Of a stretch of 64,000 nt of DNA, positions 10,344 through 22,629 are shown in pieces. The position numbers and the translations under genes are program-made. The stretch comes from Takakia lepidozioides. Taxonomy: Eukaryota > Plantae > Bryophyta. The stretch's first letter is position 1. Every line of letters begins with the position of its first letter. The notes under the pieces are model-generated. The model worked only from the letters and a program-made list of their open reading frames with translations. It did not search any database and was not told where the DNA came from. The stretch lies in contig CM060731.1 in assembly GCA_030704615.1 (NCBI GenBank), positions 2,232,001 to 2,296,000 of the forward strand, read 5' to 3'.

Positions 10344-11810
10344 GACACCATAATTTATGCTTGCTTTGGCAGGAGTCAACCTTAATCTGCATAATACTGA
10401 GCAGTTTAGTGAATGAAGTTGACAAAAGTTTAAGTGGACACTTCCTAAAGTGGACAGAAGCTGAAGTTTACATTGAGGTAACTGCAGTTAAAGCGTATTC
10501 TTATTTCAATGCCATATGTGATATTCTTCCATCATCTTGGTATTGTCTATTTAGCCTTCTTTGGCATGTGTGGATTACTGACAAAAGTGCTAATTTGGGT
10601 TCAGGTACAGGTTGTTGGATTGCAGGAGAGTGAAAACACACTGGAGAGCAAACTAAAGGTTGCAGAAGCATAAACATTAAAGTACAAGAAGGAGAATAAG
10701 GATTTGCGCAAGTCCCACGCTGACAATGATAAGGGGACTTGTGAACTGGTACAAATGAAGTAGAAAGGTGCTGATGAAACTAATGTGTGGCTAGTGTGTA
10801 AGCATGCTACATCTTCAATCACAGTGGTATCTGTGATCTAACAGTTGGCATTCTTTAGTTGTATTAATTTGACTTGCAAGGAGGCAGCTTAGCTGCATTC
10901 AGGATTAAGTTTGTTGCTGGGTTTGGTTCTCTGCAGAGGGCTTTGGTCCAGACCTTGGAAGATTCCCAAGGCAGTGTGAATGCAGCCTTAGGCAGCTGGA
11001 AGTATGGTCAAAAGCTCAGCACAGAGACAGTCTGAGCAACCACGAAAGAGGTAGGGGAAGGTTGATAAGGCCTCATAGGAAGAGGTAGCTGTCGTGAATC
11101 AACCGGGAGGAAAACCCCTACATTCCCATACTGGTACTAGTTGCGGCCTAGTGGCTATATTCCTCATTGTTGTTTCTATTGCATCATTCTTACTGGTTTT
11201 TCCCTACCAAAGAGAACTCATGCCGAGGTCTTGAGAAGTTCTAAAATCAAATAGATGGCCGCTAGTTTGCCCCCCTTCTTAGCAAGTAGCATCTATTTAT
11301 CCTATCTCATAGCCTATCGGACGGCTCTTCCCATGTGTTGTCTGCTAGGATAGAATATGGGTGTTGTGAGCTGTGGTACAACATACAACCTAGCAATATA
11401 CAGTGTACTACACAAAGAAGATCATGTGGGCAAAATTGAAGGGGCAGCAAGGAGAGACATACAAATGAGCACATGGAGCGATGGTAACGGCTTGTTTTGT
11501 GGGGCGCAAGAGCATATATCATGCACTGGTATTTGACTAGGGACGACACATCAAAGAAATCCTTGCCTGCAGCAAAACCATTGGAATCTGCCCAATTCCC
11601 AGTAAATCATTCCTCCTCGGAAGACATTGTCTGATGTGCCATCCTAAGTTAGCCACCACACCTAGTCTTTGAGCAGACTTCTGTTTATTCTGGGCAATCC
11701 CTGGACTTCAGGAGTGACCAAATTAGGTCAACATGCATATCTTTTTAACAATTGTGGGAAGCACTACACAGTCAGCAGTGAACATAATGAACATGCACAG
11801 GATTACACAT

Positions 11811-14800
11811 TTAAAGGGGACACATAGCATTGAGAAGAATGTGGACAAGCATTAGATCCACAAAATACTGGTGTCCTATTTGACTACCCATCCAGGGTGA
11901 CTTCGAGGGTTTCTTGCCATAGTGTACACCATCAGTATGATTCAAGTCATAGTGCCAGGGGAATGTGAGGTCAAATGCATCAACTAACTTGAAGCTGGGA
12001 AGGTTAAGCCTTTGCAATCTTTCTACAAACACACGATTATACACTTCCATTTTGTGGGGATTGGGTACCCCATCCCTTGCATGACCGAACTTCTCACGGG
12101 CATAACCTGCTCCAGCCACTGTGGTTCTGTAGATAATGGCAGGTCTTGGTGCGGTTTGGTTTGCATCTCCCCAAAGGGCCTCCCAAAATCTGGTGGCATA
12201 TTCTACGCCTTCCTCTAGAAACTGCTTCAGGCCACTATAGTAGTGTGCATCGTGCAGCCCAGAATTCATGACAACTGTGTCCGGGGCAACGCTCCCATTG
12301 AAAAAAGACTCTAACATTTCACGATATGCCTTGTCTTGGAGACAGAAGAGGCCGTGAAGGTTCCCTAACTCTTTGGCATGACCATTGAAAATCTTGGTTA
12401 TTCTTACGTTGTATGTTTTGTCTTTAGGGTAGGTGAATGTTCCATCAAACCATCTGCGTAAATCGGTCACCTCACTGAGTTGGAAGCCCAGGACAAAGTT
12501 GAGCAGGTTGCGGACAGTGTCCTCATTATTTGAGTCACCCCAGAAAAATAGCCAACGACCGTTCAGGCACTTCCACGCTTCAGCCTCTTCAAAAATCTTG
12601 AACCTGCAGTGTGCTGAATAAACCCATCCATTGCTTTCCAGCAACCCCAAAGGGCCCTCGCACCAAGGATTCTGACACTGTTCGCTTGGGTCCAAACAAA
12701 CAAATCTGCCTTCCTCGTTTATTGTACAAGAATTGTTCCAACGATGCCGTGTCCATCTTCCACTCCAGGCTTTGAAGCTGAAATCTTCTCTTGTGCATTT
12801 TCTGAGGTCCGGCAATAATTTCGATGCAGTGATAGTGGAATTATAAGAAAGTGGAAGGGGAAAGACAAACTCAATCTCTATCGTAGTAACTTCTAGAAAG
12901 CGAGCCCATGGAGTACAATTGAGGTGAAGTGCGTGAAAATTCCCAAAAAGAAGTACAACTTCGAAAACATAAAGGCCTGCAAATCGGGAATCTACCAGCA
13001 ATTTAACTGTGTAGGTACCATTTTGAAGATCAAGGACGGGTGGGCGGGACTTCCAGTGGGGCCCTGTGAGATCAGTCTCGAAGTAATCTCCTCCTGCACA
13101 CCTTCTCTTCCCATTCTCCTCAAAAGCTACAATCAACAGATCATATACTTTTCCAGTGCGAAGTTGTATAGGTTGGCCGTTGGAAGGCTTCGGGAGGCCG
13201 AATACGTGGGCTTTGCTGGTGCTCTTCTTATAGCATGGCACTGTTTCATTTTCGCTTAATTGATGAAGAAACACCTCCGTCTCATTTGCGTAGGTCGGGA
13301 ATAACAACCAGTGTCCCCCAACGGCTCGTGGCTGTGCACCAGCAGCTTCGTAATCAACTGCCTGAACAGAACTTTCTATAGAGATTTAATGGTCATGTTA
13401 CTCCTGGACGTCAAAAACATAAATTTTACGTATACAGTCAAACCTGGATAATTGTTATGTTCCAAGAGTATCGACTCTATAACAAGTAGGCAGTTATATC
13501 AAATAACAGTAAAACAGGTTGAAATTTCATAACGTACCAATTAAAAATTTAACATTAAGATAGGTCCTTCAGATGCAAGATAACATTTAGAGAGAGGGCA
13601 GAAAATATTCAAATGGGTCATTTGGACTATTCAATTGGCCATTTCAATATTGGAATGGGTCATTTGGGCTATTCAAATGCCATTTCAATATTGAATTTGA
13701 ATTTCAATACTAGTCCCATTTTTATTTTATTACTATTATTTTCCGAGTTCATATTTCCAGTGTTATTGGCATTCAGATACATTGCTCATATCCGGACTGA
13801 TTTTATTTTTTAAACCACCTATGCATACCAGACTCGTACTTGAAATTCAGGGGCTGCATTATTGGAAAACCTACTTGCCTTAAAAAAAAAAAAGCACTGC
13901 ATACGATTACCCTTCTGCTATTTTCAATTCAAGATACCAGACCAACACTGGTGTTAACCTTACTTAACTGAGTGTTAAGTGAGTGTCACCAACTTTAGGG
14001 GCAGTTATTCATGGAGGTCATTTATTCAAGGTTGACTGTAGGGGAAGGCCCCAGTGGAGGGCATTCCTCGATATAAGGGCACTGGCTCCGGGGCCAGTGC
14101 CCTTATATCGAGGAATGCCCGACACAAGGGGCCTTCCCGTGCATACCACAGGTGCAACAGAAAAAAGTCTGGCAGTGCTGGAATGCACAGCCCGTTCCAC
14201 CGGCCTGCCTAAGCGCGCCAATATGCTCTAGAAGGAGCAGATAATAACAAAGAGAAAAATCTCAAAGTGCTTTATGCGTTTCTTTAGCTGGGCGCGCGGT
14301 CGATATGGCATGCCGGGATTAAATGTCATTGTCACGAGAAAGATCAATTGTCTAGTACATTCAATAGTACAAATTCATATTCTAGTACGAGCACTATGTC
14401 AAGGTGATGCGCGTAACTGAAGGTCGCAAGTGCTAGAGCTACATAATTATACAGCATACACCAGAGAGAGACCAGAGAATGGATGGGTCAATGAGCATGG
14501 CCAAGTAGTTCAATTTGCACTCGGGACTCCGGGACTCCGATTTTTATCACTGGCGCACAGCTACTGGCATGAAAGGAAAATGAGATCGGTCTATTGTGCA
14601 CAACTAACTTCACGATCGCGTAGAAGGTTGGATGTAGGTGCTAAAACCAATTATACCCACAATGAGCGAAGTCTAATTTCCCATTCTAGATATGTGATAT
14701 AAAGGCGATTTCAACATGCACACGTACGTTCTACTGTCAAGGTGTATATCGTGCAACTTTGAATGTCTACAACCACGATTTTAGCAAGCCCAGTCATTAT

Positions 14801-15344
14801 CTAGCTACAGTTAATATAACTTGCGAGTTTCTGTCCCACTGTCTCCTTCCCAAATATTCTGGACGCGAGGCAGTACGCGTCCAAGATGCATCGCTATAAT
14901 TCCTCTCCTGATCGGTATCTCTCTAGCTAGCTGCGCTTTTTAAGACCCGGTTCCTCCTGAGATGGTTCTGCCCATACGTAGCTCACCACTATTACTTAAT
15001 CTAAAAAGCGATAGTATGAACGTGGTCCCTCATACATTGCATACCCATTTCCTAGCTCGATGCTAAAGTTAGTTAAGTAAATCGTGGGTATCAAGTGGAG
15101 GTGGACGGATATGACTCACTTGCCAAATTTTATCAGATGATTTCTGATCGGCCATTTGAGTTCCTGAATCCACTTCGCTTGATTTATGAAAACTTGTCAT
15201 GTTGTCTCGTAAATACGTTTTATTGAATGATATCACGACCAATGCACATCCGCTAATAAGCAGAACCATGACTACAAAAATCGATAAGCGGCCATCTCCG
15301 ACTTTAATCAACGGTGCTCCCTCCATAGGTTTTGGAGTTTTCAT
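11811..15344 (-). CDS. SGNH-hydrolase/PC-esterase (TBL-like) superfamily protein with N-terminal membrane anchor, ~591 aa (At3g06150/At5g19060-like family)
   Basis: Exon 1 15344-15120 (75 codons, TM segment LSIFVVMVLLISGCALVVISF, donor GTGAGT). Exon 2 13361-11811 (acceptor ttctgttcag, phase 0, in frame). Motifs GGDYFETDL, WSGRWTRH, ESNGWVYSAHC, WGDSN, NSGLHD, DGVHY. Confidence 0.9.
13435..14038. mobile_element. Non-autonomous Tc1/mariner-pogo-like element (MITE) in intron
   Basis: TA on both flanks. Imperfect TIRs CAGTCAAACCTGGATAATTG and CAGTCAACCTTGAATAAATG. Internal tandem duplication at about 13606-13696. Confidence 0.6.
14042..14138. repeat. Long inverted repeat (hairpin)
   Basis: Perfect 28-bp arms 14059-14086 and 14093-14120 around tccggg, extended by gggaaggcccc/ggggccttccc. 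Confidence 0.9.
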
Positions 15345-16500
15345 GTTCGTGTTTATGTCGTCTTCATGGACCTGCGTTGAACAGAGATAATATCAACGTG
15401 TCAAATCCTCTGTACTCATCTGGATTCAAACGTAAAAAAAACACGCATGATTTGCAGCTTCTTTGTGTAGATGTACACAAGTATGGCTACTATAGCAGTG
15501 GCAATCAATTGTGTCATTTGGGTCAAGATCGACCATGAACTTCCTGCCCTAAGGTGGATAATTCTCCGTCTCCTTGTGCATGACGTGGGAACTGTTTATG
15601 GTACGCAGTACACTCTCTGGGAGTTCTATCTGCCTACTAATTCCATCCGACAGTAAGCCATGGTGCTCGACTAGACTCTGAGAGAACTTCAAAAACCATG
15701 TAAACCTTATACTCGACCTTGCCACCCTTTATCCTTCTTCTCTGCAACTCCTCTGCAAACTCCGTGGACATCTTCTGGTACGTTCTTTCTGTTCGAAGAG
15801 GCGAAGGGTGGAGCGACAAACTGCGAAGCTTGGCATTCCAGACTGCCGGCTGACAGATGCCGGAGATCCAATCTACTAAGCTGAATGAAAGCTCTTAACT
15901 CCAGAGGACTGGATGATTTGTGGGCCCGGCGCTCCCGAACAGAGACAAGTGACTATACAGTCTAAGAAAAACGAGCAGCACACATCTCTTCTGTCGGGGA
16001 AGTCCTCATGAACAGGTCAACCGAGATCGGATTCATGAATTGCGCACCAGTTACATGACCATGCTTCCAGCGTTGCACAGCGGCCGCCAAGGAGTCTAGA
16101 TCACTATCCCGTGCATACCGCAGACGCTTACGTGTATGTGGGTGGTTACGTCGCGTTCATCCATGCAATCCATTCATTAGCCGCCAGTGAATGACAATGT
16201 TTGGTCAGCTAGGGTTTAAGGAATCAGGGTTCACATATGTAGCAGTTCCCTCACTGATAAATCGAGTGAAGGGGAGAGAACGACAATGGATCAGTGTGGA
16301 TCTTTTGGCCTCGGCGACGGAGAAAGAAAACTCTAGAGGAACGCAGGTCTGCACAAAATCGAATTTTGATGTCCTCTGTGTAATATATATGCAGAAAGGT
16401 GCAATGGGTTTAAGCATTCACAGCAGTTGCAAGGAATGCCAGTTCAGAATTGCCGCAGAACTAGTTCTTCTATAGAACCGGTTGGTTGGAGGCGCTGAAG

Positions 16501-19500
16501 ATGGCTTGCAGTCCAGCTGCGGCACGGCTATGCAATGCCAGCCTAGCTGCTGCCGTGGCTTCAGCATCGTACCTTCTCTCTCGCTCTCCCGTGTCTGCAG
16601 ACAAAGCCAGAGAATCCTGTTCTTTTTTTTCATCCTCCTCTGCTGCTTCGTCGTCTTCCTCGGCCATTTCTCTGAAGGAGGAGCCCAAGAATGATCCGCC
16701 ACGAACATCTGACGCTGGATTTGACCCGGAGGCATTGGAGAGGGGAGCGAAGGCCTTAAGAGAGATCAACTCTTCTGCTCATGCTAAAAGGGTGTGTGAT
16801 CTACTTCATTGCACCTCCATAGAATTGGAAATCGTTCAATTAACCTGATTTAGGTGGCTAGCGCTCCGCAACTTTGCTTGTAAATATTTGTGTAAGGATA
16901 TGACATTTGAGTCCTGCCTGTACGAGGATACAGGTAAACATAAACCAGATCACCTCCAATTTTCTCTCTGGCTCTTGGCCTTCGCTATTCCTCGTAAGAC
17001 CTGTCAAAACGTGCATTATGGTAAATGCGATAGAGATATAAAGATGGAGATGCTCTTTCGGTGCGTTCAGGTTGGTCGTGCTACGCATGGATACAGGGCC
17101 GAAGCAGGAGCTACTTGAAAAGTCTTATGCCCAGCGCTGTTCTGTTTTCTGTTTGCATGGATTGTTTGCACGAGATTTATTGTGTGATTTTCAGGTCTTT
17201 GAATTGATGAGAAAGCAAGAAGAGACAAGGCAAGCTGAGGAGAGTGCACGCAAGGCTCAATACCATGCCTTACAAACTCAGCAGGAGACGGTATTAAATC
17301 CTTAGCACAAGGCTGACCCCTTTCCATCAAAATTCTCTCTCCCTGCCCCCTTGTGCAGGTTAGCGTCCCATACGACAATTGCTCGGCCAACGATCTTTGA
17401 AATGAACTTGGTGGCAGTGTGCAGTCACCACACATTCATGTGCCGATCTTTGCCATGTCTCCATCTGTCTTGAGTGAAACCCTACACTTCTCACAAGTCT
17501 TAGGTTAACCCCATGTCTTCACATGCCACTCTTTAATGACCTATCTCATCTCTGTCCCTCGTCCGCCCCCTTTCACCTCCTAATTTAAATCTGGCTACCT
17601 ATTTATTAGTTACACTTCAGGTGTTTACCAGTTTGTGTCTGCCCTTCCTACTAACAAGGGTCAATGTATTGGGTGCAACCAGGAGAGGCAAAGAGTGATG
17701 TACGAGGAGCAGAGGAAGTTGGTGCAGCAACAGGCTCAGACCAAGGCTCAGTTGGCTCGGTATGAGGATGAACTCAGCCGCAAGCGCATGCAGGTGTGTT
17801 TTTACAAGTGCCTTCCCTCACTGTCTACTGAGCAGCAGAGCGTATGCTCTTACAGCGGATGTAGTTGGAATTGACTCGCAGTCAAATCTGGTTTGTTTAC
17901 TTATTTCAAAGGCAGTAAACAGAAGCTTATCATTGCTTGTCAAACCCTGTTGGCGAAAACTTCTGCTTTCTTTGGACATCCTCAATTCTGGCTTCTACCC
18001 TCTTTCCATCTGTCATTAACACTTGTTCTGAACAGGCACACCATGAGGCACAAAAACAACACAATGCAGAGTTGGTGAAGATGCAGGAAGATGCAGCAGT
18101 CCGGCAAGAGCAGATTAGAAGGAACACAGAGGAACAGATTCAAGCTCAGCGCCGACAGACAGAAAAGGAGAGGGCAGACATTGAGAGGGAGACCATTCAA
18201 GTGAAGGCGATGGCAGAGGCTGAGGGGAGGGCCCATGAGGCCAAGATGTCTGAGGAGGTGAACCGGCGAATGCTGGCAGATCGTGCCAACATGGAGAAGG
18301 AAAAGTGGCTTGCAGCCATCAACACTACATTTGGCCATATTGGAGGTATTGTACACTGTCTTTTTGTCTTTCTATGCATGTCAGCTTGAACCAGTTGGGC
18401 CCAACTGCATGCATGGGACTCATTAGTCTCAGCTGTGCCATCGTACTCTTTAAGTGAACTTCCTGGGAGAGACAGAATCTGTTAGGCACCCTTTCATTGT
18501 CTTGTACTCCACATCGTACTGAGAGGGAGAAATAGTAAAGCAGGGGGGTTGGGGGTAGGGAAGAAAAGGTGAGTAGGACACAAGGGAAGGAATGGAGAGG
18601 GAAAAGGGAGAGAGAGTAAGATCAGGTGGATTGTATGTGCAAGGAAGGTGGGCTGAAGACTCTACTTTCGGACCGGGACAAACTTCTGGTCGCAATTCTT
18701 GGAGTTACTGCCCTTGCAGGTGGAGTGTACACCACCAGGTTGGTTGTCTTCTATCTGTTTTGCTCTGTAGCCCCCTTGGTTCCTCTCTTCTTTTAAGGGC
18801 CGCTTTCCATGTAAACGGGTCAGCCCGTTTTCTGACCTTTTGTAGGGGCAAAGCGGGTCCTGGGGTCTTGCAAACCTGCTTGCCATGTGCCTGTGAACAC
18901 CCGTGACCTGTTCACGGGTCATTCCACACAAACCTCTGCAGAATACGGCAAGTTGGCTGCTCATGGGTCAGTGTCACCGGCTGAACCGGCATGTGCCAGT
19001 ACTTGCACTTGTGTACCGTCTGCGCCTCTTTACTAGTGACTGACATGCTTGGCCTGCCGGTACAGCTTGTCAAGCTATCCCGACTGGGTGAGAGACTTGC
19101 TACATGGAAAGCTGAGCACGCCTTCGACATCAGGCACGGGTTCTGGGTCTTACATGGGAGGCTGCCCTAACTTCTTTTAGTAGCACAGCCCTCAGTTTCT
19201 TTTATTCCACCAATGTGGAGGGGAGTTTATTGCTACCATACAGTATTTCCTTGCCTTTTCTTCACAGGTCACTTCTGCCAATGATGTCAGTAATTTGTTC
19301 ACAACATACGTGAGGGATGACACTTGTCGTAAGTCAGTCTTGCTGTTCTTACCCTGATCTGGTAGTCTCTTTCAGAGCAAGTTTACAAAAATAAACACCA
19401 CATGTCAGAGACGGTTAGTAGCAGTTTCCATGTGAGGAAGTACAAGAATGTAAACTCGTAATCTTCTCAGGGGACAAAGAGATGAAATGTACTCTTGCTC

Positions 19501-21644
19501 AGAGTAAGTGATATTCTTAATGTTCTGCTTTATTGTCTAGTAGTTCCCCATTTTTCACATTAGGAAGTCTATTAAATGCTTGTGTGTTGTCTGGGGTTGT
19601 AACATTAATGAAGAAAAAGCTGAGCTCTAGAATTTTCGTTTCAGTGATGTTTGTGTTTGGAGCACATTAGGTCGGTTTTGCTTCCATGATTGCCCTTTTT
19701 TTTTAGTGCATTGTGTTGTAGTTGCTTCTTGATGATGACATAATGAAGTAAAATCCTTAGATGGGAGGCAGCTGTGAAGGAGTTGGTTTCTCTGCTGACA
19801 TACTTGCCTTGTTTTCTGTCCCCCTCTGCCAGAGAAGGTGCCCGCCTGCTGTGGGGGTATGTTGATCGGATACTAGGGCAACCCACCCTCATACGCGAAT
19901 CATCAAGAGGAAAATATCCATGGTCAAGATTCACCAACCGCCAGGGCGGAGCTGGGGAGGCATCAGAACGTACAAAAATGATGAAGAGTGCGAAGGGGTT
20001 TGGGGATGTTATCCTGCATCCATCGCTTCATAGTAGAATCTGTCAGCTTGCATCAGCAACAGCCAATACCAAACAGCACTCGGCACCTTACCGGAATATG
20101 CTCTTTTATGGGCCTCCAGGGACTGGCAAGACTATGGCAGCCAAGGAGCTTGCCCTTCAATCGGTAGGTTTACTTCTTCCCTAGGATTAAGGGAAAGTGG
20201 AGGTAGATAGCTGATTCCTCCATGTTAGTGGTACTTGACTGCAGTACCAACTGTAGATTTATGCATTTGTTTGTTAGAATGGTCCACAGCATGGGGAACT
20301 CTAGCTTGAATCAAGTTGGGCACATGTTTATATCTAGGGTTACCTCTCAAATGTGATCTCAAAGTTCATTAAGTTCTCACATAGATACAAACTCAAATAG
20401 TGCAGAGTCTCCAGGCGTACCCCCTCTGCCTTTTCTATTAACTGAATGAGCATGTTTGGGCAGGGCTTGGACTATGCATTGATGACAGGTGGTGATGTGG
20501 TGCCACTAGGGCCTACAGCAGTAACCAAGGTCCATGAACTTTTTGATTGGGCTGGCAAGAGCCGCAAAGGGCTTGTTCTCTTCATTGACGAGGCTGATGC
20601 ATTTCTGTGCGAGTGAGTTTACTTTATCAGTTCTCTGTAAGCACTTTATGTATCCTCTACACAAATTTTATACACTTCATGGTCTTGCAGGCAAGTAGTG
20701 GGTGGGACCAATGTGGTTTTTGCTTGTGAGGATCATTGCCTTCAAGAAGAAGGTGGACTCCTGCTGGAGCAAGCGTAAATTATGGTGTTGCTTCTTCCCT
20801 GAAGGGCTACTCCCTTCTGTTTGGTGCTGTAAGTATAATATAAATGCAAACGTGCGCATTCCAGGCGGAACAAAGCGAACATGAGTGAAGCGCATCGTAG
20901 TGCATTAAATGCATTGCTCTATCGTACTGGAGATCAATCACGAGACATTGTTCTAGTGCTTGCCACCAACCGGCCCAGTGATCTGGATGCAGCAGTGACC
21001 GATCGTGTTGACGAAGTCCTGGAGTTCCCTCTGCCTGGAGAGGAAGAACGAATACAGCTTTTGAAGCTCTATCTGGAGAAGTACATTTCCCAGGCAGGGA
21101 AGCAATCCCAGGGATGGAAAGCCTGGCTAGGGGGCGAGCAAGACAAGATTGAGATTGAAGGCATTAGTGATGAGGTCCTCAAAGAAGCGGCTGAGAAGAC
21201 TAGGGGATTTTCGGGCCGAGAGATCACCAAAATGATGGCCAGTGTTCAGGTGGATTTCTTCTACATTCAGTATGTTTCTCATGATCTGTATGCAGTAGAT
21301 GTGCCTATGGCCTCTGGTATGAGTCGTAAATGCTAGATACTTGCCCACTGTGCACTTTTGCACTGTGCACGGTTGATTTAATCTCTTTTGAATACATCAT
21401 CAAGCATAATGAAAGAGTCAGGGTCTGATGTTGATAACAGTAGTATTGGACTCCTGTTGCTTGTGTTTACCCGACAATGGATCCAAAGATGCAATCACTC
21501 GATACTCTTCATTGGTTGCAGGGAGCCATTTATGGAGGTCAGAAAAGTGTGTTGGATGCTGATTTGTTCAGGGAGGTGGTGGACTACAAGGTGGCTGAGC
21601 ACTCACAGTGCCAGTGGCTGGCTAATGAAGGGATTTCAGAGTGA
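16501..21644 (+). CDS. ATAD3: ATPase family AAA domain-containing protein 3 (mitochondrial), 628 aa, 9 exons
   Basis: Exons 16501-16791, 17195-17290, 17683-17793, 18036-18345, 18648-18738, 19833-20163, 20464-20612, 20865-21249 and 21522-21644 splice in frame (1887 nt). Motifs [28 protein letters not shown], Walker A GPPGTGKT, Walker [13 protein letters not shown]. Confidence 0.95.
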
Positions 21645-22358
21645 CCTACATTTATTGTTCACAACTGAGGATCAAATTGGAAACCTTGCTCTCAAACGCA
21701 CTGCATAAAATATTGGTTCACACATGACTTGGGAGACAGGCAACAACACTGCGTTTGAGAGCACAGTCAGGCTATCCGGAGCTAGGAGTTGGGGGGGAGA
21801 CTAGAGTGGATGTATCAAAGCCCACACAGGTCATGGCCCCGAAGATGCTCACATAATAGACGCTCATTGAAGGTCTCTCCAGTCAATGCAATTAAGGTGG
21901 ATTGGTGGGAACACGAGCTATGAGATTTTGATCTCTAATTTGTCAGATGGTCCCCATGAAGCCAAGAAGGTGCACATGTTTGTGTTTCCACCAGAAAAGA
22001 AGGGTGGAAAGAGGTTGATTAGTACCAACCACTTTAGACTTCAAAGGGTGCACATGTTTGACAAGAGCACCCTTCTTTTCTGCCATCATCTCAAAAACTT
22101 TAAACGAGTTCCGTGGCAATGTCGTACTTTTCATGATTGTGGATGACTCTACTTGAAATGCAAGCACTGGCTACCTGTGTAATCAGAATATTGTTAGTCT
22201 ATGTTGGTCAGTAAGGTTCCAGGAGGGAGTTGTGTGACCTCCCCAAGACGATTAGTATAGGCTGTTTTTCCCGGAGTGCTTCTGGATTATAGCAGGGCAT
22301 TTTCATAATCCGTCCAGGGGCAGTTGGAGCAGTGCAAACTTTCCTGGATTTTCAATGA

Positions 22359-22611
22359 ATAAAGTATTGTGTCAGTGGGACAAAAGACAGGATGTTGCAA
22401 CAGTTCTGACGGCCTGTGAGTACGCAGCCGATGACCAAATATTTCTGAAATAAAGTTTCTGGATTTGAAAATCGTGCCCTGAGGGGGACTTCAAAATCCA
22501 GGAAATGGGTTTGAACTTCATCTCTTACGTATTTCATCATAGACACCAGACATCACAGGTTGTTAGGACTGTTGCAACACTCTGTCTTTTCCCTTTGACA
22601 CAACACTTTAT
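22359..22611. mobile_element. MITE/foldback with ~60-bp terminal inverted repeats
   Basis: taaagtattgtgtcagtgggacaaaagacaggatgttgcaacagttctgac matches the reverse complement of 22560-22610. Confidence 0.6.
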
Positions 22612-22629
22612 GGAGGTCCATTCTCTCCT

